NCBI GenBank assembly: GCA_012520515.1
Contig: JAAYOD010000051.1
Coordinates: 1,880 to 65,879 of the forward strand
Source of the DNA: Clostridiales bacterium
GTDB taxonomy: Bacteria; Bacillota; Clostridia; Christensenellales; DTU072
Length of the DNA: 64,000 nt
Direction of reading: 5' to 3'
Part shown: in pieces, positions 37,721-46,800 of the stretch
How positions within the stretch are numbered: the stretch's first letter is position 1
How the letters are laid out: the number at the start of each line of letters is the position of its first letter
Position numbers and translations under genes: made by a program
The notes under the pieces: generated by a model
Database searches by the model: none
Seen by the model: only the letters and a program-made list of their open reading frames with translations
Told to the model about the DNA's origin: nothing

Positions 37721-38317
37721 TTGTTGGCAATAGTAGGTATTATATTTTATTTTTTTCATGTAATACTAGGAAGAATTTATTATACAGGATATAGCGCTTT
37801 AAGACAGGCAGTAAGCGACCTTACGGCAACTAATGCGCCGTCAAGAGAGATAGCTTCTTCTCTCTCTACGGTGTACGCAATCTTTACTTGCGCCGCTTGC
37901 ATTGCGCTATGTATCTTTTTTCAAAACAGAGAACAAAAAACATTTAGACTAGGGATATATCTTTTTGCCATAATGCAATGGCTATCTGCCGTAGGCTATA
38001 CGCTGTTTCCGCTATCAGATAGCGGCTATATGGGACGGTTTCAAGATGTTATGCATATGGTAGTTACAGGCTTTGTGGTAGTATTATCCATAGCATCAAT
38101 GATACTTATAGCTATAGCTTGCTTAAAAGGCAAAAACCATAAATGTTTTGGAATTTTAACAATAACAGTTTTAGCGTTAATGGCGCTAGGCTCTATTGGC
38201 ACAGGCATTGTTCCCCCACAATATTTTGGAATACCAGAACGCATAAGCGTATATTCAGTAGTTATATACACAGGGTTATTATCTATCTTTGCCTTTTCTC
38301 AACCATTAAACAGTTAA
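37721..38317 (+). CDS. DUF998-like polytopic membrane protein
   Basis: Six predicted TM helices. The segment YSALRQAVSDLTATNAP resembles the DUF998 family motif. The track start TTG 37721 has no RBS; an upstream in-frame ATT at 37682 follows GGGAGG (see findings). Confidence 0.55.
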   Translation: MLAIVGIIFYFFHVILGRIYYTGYSALRQAVSDLTATNAPSREIASSLSTVYAIFTCAACIALCIFFQNREQKTFRLGIYLFAIMQWLSAVGYTLFPLSDSGYMGRFQDVMHMVVTGFVVVLSIASMILIAIACLKGKNHKCFGILTITVLALMALGSIGTGIVPPQYFGIPERISVYSVVIYTGLLSIFAFSQPLNS

Positions 38318-38340
38318 TTTTATTAGAAATATTACTCATA

Positions 38341-38366
38341 AAAAAAGGTAGCTACTTGCTACCTTT
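38341..38366. terminator. bidirectional terminator between the convergent DUF998-like and GH2 genes
   Basis: AAAAAAGGTAGC tactt GCTACCTTT. This is a 9-bp stem. On the minus strand it is followed by a T7-T8 run, starting 5 nt after the GH2 stop codon. Confidence 0.85.
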
Positions 38367-38370
38367 AATT

Positions 38371-41277
38371 TTAGGTTGAAATTGCTTTTTCGTAACTATT
38401 TTCTTTGTACAAAGGAATTACGGCAAATTGCAAAGCATACTCTGACGGCTTAACAAGATATTTTGAGATTGGTAATCCGTCTTCCGTTGCGCCAATTCCG
38501 CTCACAAAAGCATTTATATCGATATAAGTGCCTGATTGCACATAATTATTGTGTTTTTCTAAAAAGCAACGCTTAATTTCTTCATCACTATAAGGTTTTA
38601 CACGCAAATGAAAAGGATTTTTCTTTGCCAAAATCATTATGCCATTTTGGGTATTGTCAGTTACGGTTACAAAATGCACATTGGTATGGTTGCCGCTCTC
38701 TTGCGCAATGGCATAATTTTCTGCTACCTTATCTACGCTATCGCTGTAAAGTCCCATAGGCGCATATTCATACATATCTATATAATTATCTTTTTCACCC
38801 CTGCCATAATAGGTGACATTGCCAAAGCTGTTGGGCATTTTTATTTGCTTGCCAAAGCAGTCAATATTGGGCAGGTTGCGTCTTAATGGCGTAATCAAAC
38901 TAAATACATCAATAACACCGTTTGCAGTTATTTTGTACATATCTTGAATGATAAAAGTTTCTTTTTTCTTTAGCTTATATATTGTCTCGGTTTGCACTTC
39001 AACGGCTACTATTTTATCTTTTTCATATACCTTTTTATAATCAAAATCCTGCAAATGCACTGTATATTGGTAGTCGTTTGCCATATTTCTTATAAATGGA
39101 CGGTAAATGTTGGTGTTAAAGCAATTTCCGCCCAATCTTTTTGGGTCAGACTTTAGCATCTCTTTACCCATAATATTATAACTGACAATAGTGCCAAGTT
39201 CTTTACTTAGGCGTACAAATCCGCCGTCAAACCTTACAATGACATTATCGGCAACTTCTGTCACAAAAATATTCTTGCCAGCAGTAGGATTAAACTCTGT
39301 CATTTCATAGCTTACAGGCAATTGTTCTCTGCTTACCACATAGTTTGTTTCTTTTTCTGCGCAAACAATATTAAGGTACATATCACCTTCTAAATGACCT
39401 AACGCCACATCAAATATACGGCTTGAGCGCGGCGCTATATTAGCGTCAATTTGTGTGCGTGACAGCTCTCGCCCATTTCTCTCCATAACAAGAGAAATAG
39501 CATACTTTTCACTATTTATAAAATAGTTAGTGTTGGTAATCTCTAGCTTGTCGTTGCTTATTAGTCTAGCGCGTAAAGGACGATATACAAATTTTACATT
39601 TTCCGCGCCGCTATAAGCTTTGCGCTCTGTGGTAAAGATACCGCAGTCGTCATAGCCTTCGCCTAAAATATACCTATCGGAAAATTCCGTTATGCATCCG
39701 CCCATACAGCAAGGCGCATTTTCTATTATTTCGTCAAGTTCTTTGAGTGTGGCGCAACCTAGTCCGTTTGACCTTGCAAATTCGCTAAGGAAAAGAACCT
39801 TGTCATCTCTATCATTAATTTCTTCTAATAACTCTGATACCCCTGTATCGCACAAAGGAATAACTTGTCCATCATCTACAACATTATCATTATAGATAAG
39901 CGGCACTTTACTTTCTGACTTCAAATAATCTATCGCTGACATTGTGATAGGGTCATAGTCTTCTTGTCCGAAACTAAAAAGGGTAAAACAAGCCTTGTTA
40001 GAGATAGGCGCATACTCTGCGGCAACTATTGCTTTAACTAGCGCTCCTAAATCCGTTTTGTAAATAGCTTTTGTCTTCTTACTCTCTCTAGCAAAACTTA
40101 AATCTACTGCGCTTTTTTTAATAACATACAACCCAAGTTCATCGCACATTTCATAAAACACAGGGTCTACATCAACATTTAACTTAATGGCGTTTAGGTT
40201 ATATTTTTTTATAAGATTAAGGTCTTCAAGGTATTCGCTTGGTATCATTAGCTTGCCATCGGCATTGTATTGGCAAGAATAGTTTATACCTTTAAGCTTA
40301 ATTGCTTTACCGTTATAGTTAAATACGCCGCAAAGCGTAGGATACTTAAATCCTACCTTTACTTTCACGCACTCTAGCGTGTAGCCATCTTCATCAATAG
40401 GTGTGATATATAAGTCATAAAGACAAGGTTTTTCTGCATTATACAGTTCATAATCACCAGAAAATTGAATGTGTAAAACATCACTCTTAGGTCTTTTAGT
40501 AACGCTATAAAGCTTATCTCCATCTTTCTCGAAAGAGATATTGATGGTGTCACAAGTTCCTGCAAGCAAAACAGCCAAAGATACATTTGTTTTTTCATTT
40601 TCACTGTTATAGCTAATAGAATAATCTAAAATGCTTCCTTTGTTGTGGACAAATAAAAGCACATCGCCTACAATGCCTGTCATTGCAAACCTAGGTTGCC
40701 CAGCAATTAGTTCTGCCTCGCTCCATTTATGCACCACCACTACAAGTTCGTTTTGACCAATTTTTAAATATTGCGATATATCAAATTCCGCCTTAGATAT
40801 CTTGGAAAAACCAGCAGCTATGCCGTTAATATAAACTTCAAACAAACCGCAAACTTTTATAAAGGACAAAATATACTTTTTGTCTAAGTCGCTAATTTCA
40901 AAAAATTTGCGGTATATGCCTGCATTGTTATCGCTATTTTTGCCATAGGGCACACCTTTTTTGTATGCAAAAGGGTAATTGTCCAAATAGCTAAACCTTT
41001 CTAATTTTGCGCTCTCCCACGATGACGGCACAAAAATAGTGTCAAACTCAAAAATGTCCGAATCAATCATTGGGGGTATTTCACCAATAATATGTTTAAA
41101 ATCCCAATTTCCCGACAGCACTCTTACTCTGTCAGAACAAAATCTCTCTTTAAAAAGGGGGGCTTTTTCAGCCGCGCTGCGACTAGAAAAAGGCACAAAA
41201 TATGTACGCGGAGCTATTCTTCCGCTATCTATGCAATCAAAGTTGTTGCATAAGTTATTTATAAAATTATATATCAT
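38371..41277 (-). CDS. glycoside hydrolase family 2 (LacZ-like, five-domain) protein with divergent active-site motifs
   Basis: 968 aa, colinear with LacZ-type beta-galactosidases: N-terminal sugar-binding domain, TIM barrel, and C-terminal small-chain/mutarotase-like domain. Both catalytic Glu positions seem to be retained (FGQED, LSEFA), but many neighbouring invariant residues differ. Confidence 0.7.
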   Translation of the reverse strand: MIYNFINNLCNNFDCIDSGRIAPRTYFVPFSSRSAAEKAPLFKERFCSDRVRVLSGNWDFKHIIGEIPPMIDSDIFEFDTIFVPSSWESAKLERFSYLDNYPFAYKKGVPYGKNSDNNAGIYRKFFEISDLDKKYILSFIKVCGLFEVYINGIAAGFSKISKAEFDISQYLKIGQNELVVVVHKWSEAELIAGQPRFAMTGIVGDVLLFVHNKGSILDYSISYNSENEKTNVSLAVLLAGTCDTINISFEKDGDKLYSVTKRPKSDVLHIQFSGDYELYNAEKPCLYDLYITPIDEDGYTLECVKVKVGFKYPTLCGVFNYNGKAIKLKGINYSCQYNADGKLMIPSEYLEDLNLIKKYNLNAIKLNVDVDPVFYEMCDELGLYVIKKSAVDLSFARESKKTKAIYKTDLGALVKAIVAAEYAPISNKACFTLFSFGQEDYDPITMSAIDYLKSESKVPLIYNDNVVDDGQVIPLCDTGVSELLEEINDRDDKVLFLSEFARSNGLGCATLKELDEIIENAPCCMGGCITEFSDRYILGEGYDDCGIFTTERKAYSGAENVKFVYRPLRARLISNDKLEITNTNYFINSEKYAISLVMERNGRELSRTQIDANIAPRSSRIFDVALGHLEGDMYLNIVCAEKETNYVVSREQLPVSYEMTEFNPTAGKNIFVTEVADNVIVRFDGGFVRLSKELGTIVSYNIMGKEMLKSDPKRLGGNCFNTNIYRPFIRNMANDYQYTVHLQDFDYKKVYEKDKIVAVEVQTETIYKLKKKETFIIQDMYKITANGVIDVFSLITPLRRNLPNIDCFGKQIKMPNSFGNVTYYGRGEKDNYIDMYEYAPMGLYSDSVDKVAENYAIAQESGNHTNVHFVTVTDNTQNGIMILAKKNPFHLRVKPYSDEEIKRCFLEKHNNYVQSGTYIDINAFVSGIGATEDGLPISKYLVKPSEYALQFAVIPLYKENSYEKAIST

Positions 41278-41316
41278 AAGAGCAAAAATCTCCGAATCTA
41301 TTAGTTAATTGCTGTG

Positions 41317-41367
41317 ATTATATGCAATCTGCGCATAAATATATCACATATTAAGAGTATATCACAT
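41317..41367 (-). promoter_or_regulatory. putative GH2 promoter (-10 TATAAT, no -35) with two upstream direct repeats
   Basis: Minus strand reads ATGTGATATA, 8 nt, ATGTGATATA, 17 nt, TATAAT-CACA. The repeats are at 41340..41349 and 41358..41367. The -10 is at 41322..41317. Confidence 0.35.
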
Positions 41368-41508
41368 TTATATATTATATTTCAATACCAAAAGGTAATT
41401 TTTTGCTAAAAAAACGACATAAGTTATCTCTAAACTTCCGCTTATTTACATAACAGAATAGTAAATTGCTGTTATTTGTATCCGTAGATACCAATAAGTT
41501 AGATAATA

Positions 41509-42057
41509 TTATATTTTTATCAATTTTGATATTGGCTTTTGCAGTACTACCACTATTATAAAATTTACTGCAAGAATGATAGTTTGCTTAGGCATTCTTA
41601 GACCAAATACTGCTGCAAGCGTTCTTCCCCTTGCCATAAAATAAAATAAATAAAGCCCGATTGTGTTTAGCGGCAGGCAGATTATTAGTAACAAAATAAA
41701 GCTAACAGCCGTAAGCGCATAAGAGTATTTTGTCAAATCCATATCATTTTTTCTAGCTATCCAAAACACCATGCCAGGTATAAATCCTAGCAGTCCGCTT
41801 GTTACCAAAATAATGGGGTTAATTGCGCCTTTAGGCGCTATTATACAGCCTAAAAGGTCACCAAGCATGCCTGTTAGAAGTCCAGCTAAAGGATTGATAA
41901 AAGCGCCTGCTATAAAGGCAGGAATATATGCAAATGACACCGCAAACGCTCCGCCGCCTAATATAACGGTAAAAATATTAGCAAGTGCGCTAAGCGCAGT
42001 AAGCACAGCGATATACGCAATTAGTTTTGCTCCCATTGTTTTTGGCTTTTTGACCAT
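41509..42057 (-). CDS. folT: ECF-transporter S component, folate family
   Basis: 182 aa with 5-6 TM helices and typical S-component composition. It is preceded by a THF riboswitch, which supports folate specificity. Confidence 0.75.
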   Translation of the reverse strand: MVKKPKTMGAKLIAYIAVLTALSALANIFTVILGGGAFAVSFAYIPAFIAGAFINPLAGLLTGMLGDLLGCIIAPKGAINPIILVTSGLLGFIPGMVFWIARKNDMDLTKYSYALTAVSFILLLIICLPLNTIGLYLFYFMARGRTLAAVFGLRMPKQTIILAVNFIIVVVLQKPISKLIKI

Positions 42058-42116
42058 AAAAATACCCTCCGTAAAGCAGGAGAGTCCATCGAAAAAATAA
42101 TAAAAATTATTCTATA

Positions 42117-42209
42117 GCAACGGACGCGGCAAGGTATCGCAGATATATTTTCTTTCGTTCGCAAACAACATCCCATTTTGCGACACTTAACGCACCTTAC
42201 CTACTCTGC
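42117..42209 (-). promoter_or_regulatory. THF (tetrahydrofolate) riboswitch aptamer
   Basis: Minus strand reads GCAGAGTAGGTAAGGTGCGTTAAGTGTCGCAAAATGGGATGTTGTTTGCGAACGAAAG...GCGATACCTTGCCGCGTCCGTTGC. It contains the conserved AGAGUAG, GCGUUAAGUG, AUGGGAUG and CCGCGUCCG blocks. Supporting helices are GGUAAGGU/AUACCUUGCC, UCGCAAA/UUUGCGA and GCA/UGC. It lies upstream of folT. Confidence 0.85.
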
Positions 42210-42221
42210 ATTTATGCTTAT

Positions 42222-42250
42222 ATTTTATTATATTAAAATACCATAGTCAA
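42222..42250 (-). promoter_or_regulatory. sigma-A promoter driving the THF riboswitch and folT
   Basis: Minus strand reads TTGACT, 17 nt, TAAAAT (-35 at 42250..42245, -10 at 42227..42222), about 13 nt upstream of the aptamer. Confidence 0.6.
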
Positions 42251-42283
42251 GCATAGTAGCGAATTATCGACATATATTTTATT

Positions 42284-43780
42284 ATGCGTAAAATTTTAGG
42301 TGGTATTAGCGGCGCTGTAGCCACAGTGGGTATATTTAGCGTCTTTACAAAGATATTAAGCTTTGTCTTTAAAATATATCTTTCTCGCACATTAGGAGCA
42401 GAAGCAATAGGACAGTACCAAATAGCCACATCAGTCTTTTTTTTGTTTGCCTCTCTTTCTTCTAGCGGCCTGCCTTTAGTGCTTAGCAGAAAGATTTCTG
42501 AAGACTATGCCCTAAAGAAAAACAAATCTTATTCTCTTTTTACTACTGCTTTTATAATTGGCTTGACTATATCTCTATTCACAATTTTTTTCCTTTGGAT
42601 ATTCCATAAGCGATTAAACTTTTTATTCTCTGATCCCTTGGCATACCCATTATTTTTAATTATGATGCCTGCGCTCCTTTCTACCTTTATTTATAGCATA
42701 ATAAGGGGATATTTGTGGGGCAAAAAAGAGTTTACTACCATTTCAATAACAGAAACCATAGAAGAGGTTTTGCGCATTGTCTTTTCAGTAGCGTTTATAG
42801 GCGGAGCAATAGGAGCTATATCAGGCGCATACGCAATTGCTATTGCCTTTGCAATAAGTGACGGTATAATTGGAATAATTTTAGTTGTTATTTTCTTTGC
42901 AAAAGGCGGGAAAATTGACAAGCCGTCTAAATTCAAAGACATTCTTATACCTAGCATCCCTGTAACTTCAATGCGGATATTTGCAAGCTTAATTGGCACT
43001 TTGATTGCTATTATATTACCTATAAGACTACTAACTGCAGGAATGTCCACAAGCGAAGCTACGGCGACCTACGGCAGAATTACAGGCATGGCAAATCCTT
43101 TTTTGCTTGCGCCCAATGCCATAATCAGCTCTCTTGCCATAGTTTTAATTCCTGAAATGAGCGCAAGCGGCGCAAAAAAAGCTTATTCTCAATTAAATAA
43201 ACAGTTAAATAGCGGTATTAATTTTTCTCTGCTTGTAAGCGGATTGTTTATGATTCCTTTTATAGCTCTTGGGAAAGAAATGACAACTTTGCTTTTTAAC
43301 GACAGAATTAGCGGACAATACCTTGAATATGCCGCTTTTATGATGCTTCCTATGTGCATAAACCAACTCACTCAGTCTGCCTTAAATGCCACAGGCAAAG
43401 AGTACAAAGCCTTTATTAACTACATTATCGGCAATTTGCTTATGATTGCGGGCATTTACTTTTTGCCAAAATATTTAGGGATATACTCTGTGTGCGTGGC
43501 AACAATGCTCTGCTTGTTGGTAAACTCAAGCCTAAATGTTATTGTTCTTAAGAAATACACTGGCTTTTCCTATGATTTTGCAAAATATCTTTTAAAAGTT
43601 TTGCTCTTTGTGCTGCTTGGAGCTTTCTTTACAGAAAGCATAAACAGGCTTCTATATCATAAACTAGGGATATTTGCCAACATACTTTCTGGTCTTTTTG
43701 GCATAGCTATGTATATTGGACTAGCTTTTGCTACAAGGCTTGTAGATGTAAAAGGTTTCTTAAAGCTAAAGCGTGCATAA
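42284..43780 (+). CDS. MOP-superfamily flippase (SpoVB / MurJ / polysaccharide biosynthesis protein family)
   Basis: 498 aa with about 14 TM helices. The N-terminal pattern F.KILSFVFKIYLSRTLGAEAIGQYQ is typical of SpoVB/MurJ-like proteins. Confidence 0.75.
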   Translation: MRKILGGISGAVATVGIFSVFTKILSFVFKIYLSRTLGAEAIGQYQIATSVFFLFASLSSSGLPLVLSRKISEDYALKKNKSYSLFTTAFIIGLTISLFTIFFLWIFHKRLNFLFSDPLAYPLFLIMMPALLSTFIYSIIRGYLWGKKEFTTISITETIEEVLRIVFSVAFIGGAIGAISGAYAIAIAFAISDGIIGIILVVIFFAKGGKIDKPSKFKDILIPSIPVTSMRIFASLIGTLIAIILPIRLLTAGMSTSEATATYGRITGMANPFLLAPNAIISSLAIVLIPEMSASGAKKAYSQLNKQLNSGINFSLLVSGLFMIPFIALGKEMTTLLFNDRISGQYLEYAAFMMLPMCINQLTQSALNATGKEYKAFINYIIGNLLMIAGIYFLPKYLGIYSVCVATMLCLLVNSSLNVIVLKKYTGFSYDFAKYLLKVLLFVLLGAFFTESINRLLYHKLGIFANILSGLFGIAMYIGLAFATRLVDVKGFLKLKRA

Positions 43781-43786
43781 AAAATA

Positions 43787-43826
43787 AGGCTGTCCCAAAA
43801 CTTTGAGACAGCCTGTCTTGTTTTTG
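43787..43826. terminator. terminator hairpin between the convergent flippase and giant surface protein genes
   Basis: AGGCTGTC ccaaaactttga GACAGCCT GTCTTGTTTTTG. This is an 8-bp stem with a T-run on the plus strand. Confidence 0.7.
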
Positions 43827-43836
43827 TTAAAGGCGA

Positions 43837-46800
43837 TTATCTTTTGCCTTTATTTTTTGACTTTTTCTTTTTGGGTACTACTCTTTGCACATACTTAGGC
43901 TTATCATCTGTATAATCTTCGTCGATGATAAAGTCTTCCTTTTGCTGTTGTTCAGGTTCAATTACCTTAATATCTTTTTCTGCTTTAAGGATATTTTCTC
44001 CCACAACTTTCTTAGGATGTTTCTTTTTCCATCTTCTTATTAGCAATACAACTATTACTACAATGATTACCACAGCTATAATCAAGCTAGAAACAAGTAG
44101 CCAAACTTCACCCCTGCTCCAAACGCTAGGCTTTTCTTCTGGCTCTTGGTCTGGCTCGTCATCTGGTTCTTCAACAGGGTCTTCTTTCTTGTCTTCATCA
44201 TAAGAATAGAATGCCATTGCGCTTGATATCTTTTGTTCGTCAGTCCAGTTTTCAAAATCAGCGCTTTCCCTAACTGCCTCGTATTCATCTTTGTCTATCT
44301 CAACCATACCTACTTGATCTATAATAAGCATTCCAAGTATAGGCTGCATACTTCCTGTCTTATCGTCTCCCGCTGACTCAGCTCCTAGCACAAAACTCCA
44401 GTTTGCTGTTGCCGAAGTAGAGCTTGGATTGTAAATATACATAGTATATTCTACCGTATCATAAATGCTGTCCACCTTGCCATTAGAATTGATATATATG
44501 CTTTGATATTTATCAGTATCAGTTGTAGGCATAAATCTAAACTCTGCGTTAACATTTTCTATGGTATAGGTAATGTCTCCATTTTCGTCTAGTATTGCAT
44601 CGCCGTTATCATCAAATGCTTTTGCCGCAATCAAGGTCTTTGCCTTAAAGGTAATTTTATAATAGCCATCTGCATTTATTGTAGAGGTATTATTAACCTT
44701 ATAAGACTGCGCAAACAGCTCTTTATTGCTCATAACAAGTGAGTTGCTGCCGTCGATAGCGATAAACCTTGTGATATCAAAGTTTTCAGGGAAGTTACTA
44801 ATTCCGCTAAAGGCATTAATAAGGTCATCATTGTCATCGTACTTTTTATAAATCATTTCCAGCTTGCTTAGCGCATCGCTTTGAGAGTATACACCATATA
44901 CCCTATCGTCTTCTGATGTGCTGGTGTAGCTGTCTGCCTTTGACCATGTGTAGTTATTGGGGGTATGTCCTAGATTATAACCTTCTTTGCCTTCTTCTAT
45001 GGTGTTTTCCTTAAAGCTATCAAAGCTATCTATTACGCTTTCTAGTATGCGTAAAGCAAACTTATTGGTATAAATTTTGTACTCTATGCCTTCATAATCA
45101 GGTATAATGTCGCCTATCTCAAAATCATATAGATTGTCTACGCCATTTGTCAATTCTTCTTTTTGAGCGGCGTTCTTATATTCTTCTTCCTCTATGGCAA
45201 TTAGCTCAACATTGTCAAAGTACGCGCTGCCAGAGCTAAGTCCGGTTGCGTCATAAACTGTTGCGTCAGTTTTAACATTGGTTGATTTTTTGCTAACCTT
45301 GTTTACATAAGCGTCGCCAAGGCTAAGTTGCATAGACAATGTACCTGAGTTGTTACCCATCTTGATGTAGAATGCATATTGCACCCATTTACCTTGCGTA
45401 TCTATGTTTGTAAAGCCGATATATTTTCCTGTTACGCTCTTTGCGCTCAAAACATCGCTTACATCTTTTAGTGTTACACTAGCTTTTGCGCCGTCTTCTG
45501 TTTTTACCCAAACGCTTACCTTGTAATAGGTGTTTGCGCTAAGAGTAGCGCTGCTTGAAGTCAAGGTGTGAGATAGCGCATAGTTAGAAGATATCTTAAG
45601 CATAGTATCGTATGGACTTACATAGCTGCCAGTAGAATCCGCAAAGTCCGTTTCTTTATCTATTACCACAGTACCGGCTTGATATTTAAGCTCTGGCTTT
45701 GCTGGCGGTTTGGCAGCAATATAATCGTCTACTGTATCATACTCGCCTTCTTCAGAGCCTAAAACTTCGCCTGAATAGTTGCTAAATGAGCTAACAACAT
45801 CATAATAGGATAGTTCAGAATTGCTCTTGCCTACCGCTCTAACTTTGTAATTAACAGTTAGGTCTTTATAAATATCGCTTGCGTTAAAAGCAAGGGTATC
45901 TGAAGCAAGTACGCTAGCTACATACTTTTCTTGATACTTGTTATCTGCATCTTTATATCTTACCCAAACTTCATAATATTCAGGCTCCACTTCGTCGTCG
46001 CCTGTGTAGCTTACGCCATAAACTTTTTCCCAAGTTGCAATATCATTTGCCATACTTACAACAGGCGCAGTAAATATGTTGTTTTTTACAGTTCCGCCTG
46101 TCCAATTGCTAGTTACTGCAGTTCCTGATATTATTCCGCCTTCCCCAAATTCTGTTTCGTTGGTGGCTGCTAGGTCTATACCGCTAAAGCTACCGTTAGT
46201 TACGCTATCCGAAGGCTTTTCTGTGTTAGAGAAAGTATAGTCTTTTACTAGGTCACCGCTCTTAGAAGTGGAGCTAAACTCAGAATATTTTATTTCAGTA
46301 ACATTTATTAAAGCTAAATGCACTTGACCTTTTATATACTTTTCTGTACTAAAGCGTGTACCTGAACCTAGTTGAAGCTTTAGTGTGACATAATTTGTTT
46401 TGATTACATCGCCAAGCACATAAAACACAACTTCTTGCCACTCGCTGTCATTTATGGTGGTTACGCTAGCAATGCTCGCAGTCAAATCGTCTTTATCATC
46501 TCCGCCTAACAAGCTAATATCAACGCCTAAGCCGTCCTTTATATCTGCTGTTTTAACAAGCATAGCAATACGATAAGCTGTGTTTGGATTTATCGTTATG
46601 AATTCTTTAGAAGTAAGCACAGAAGCTGTTGCAACTGAATTTTTGAAAATTAATTGCGCATAGCTAGTAATGCCTAGATCTGACAGGTCGGCAAATTGAC
46701 CGTCAGGTAAAATCTCTCTAGTAAAGCTTACGCTTTTTAGGTCAGCGCTTGCAACATCGTTACTCTCTAGCTTTAATGCCCAATAATTTTCTTGGAAAGT

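Noticed and set aside
34032-41277. tRNA-Ser flanked by accessory surface and glycosidase genes, considered as a possible tRNA-targeted genomic island.
   Set aside because: I saw no integrase, recombinase, phage or plasmid gene, and no direct repeat of the tRNA 3' end. The tRNA has its own promoter and terminator. There is insufficient support for an integrated element.
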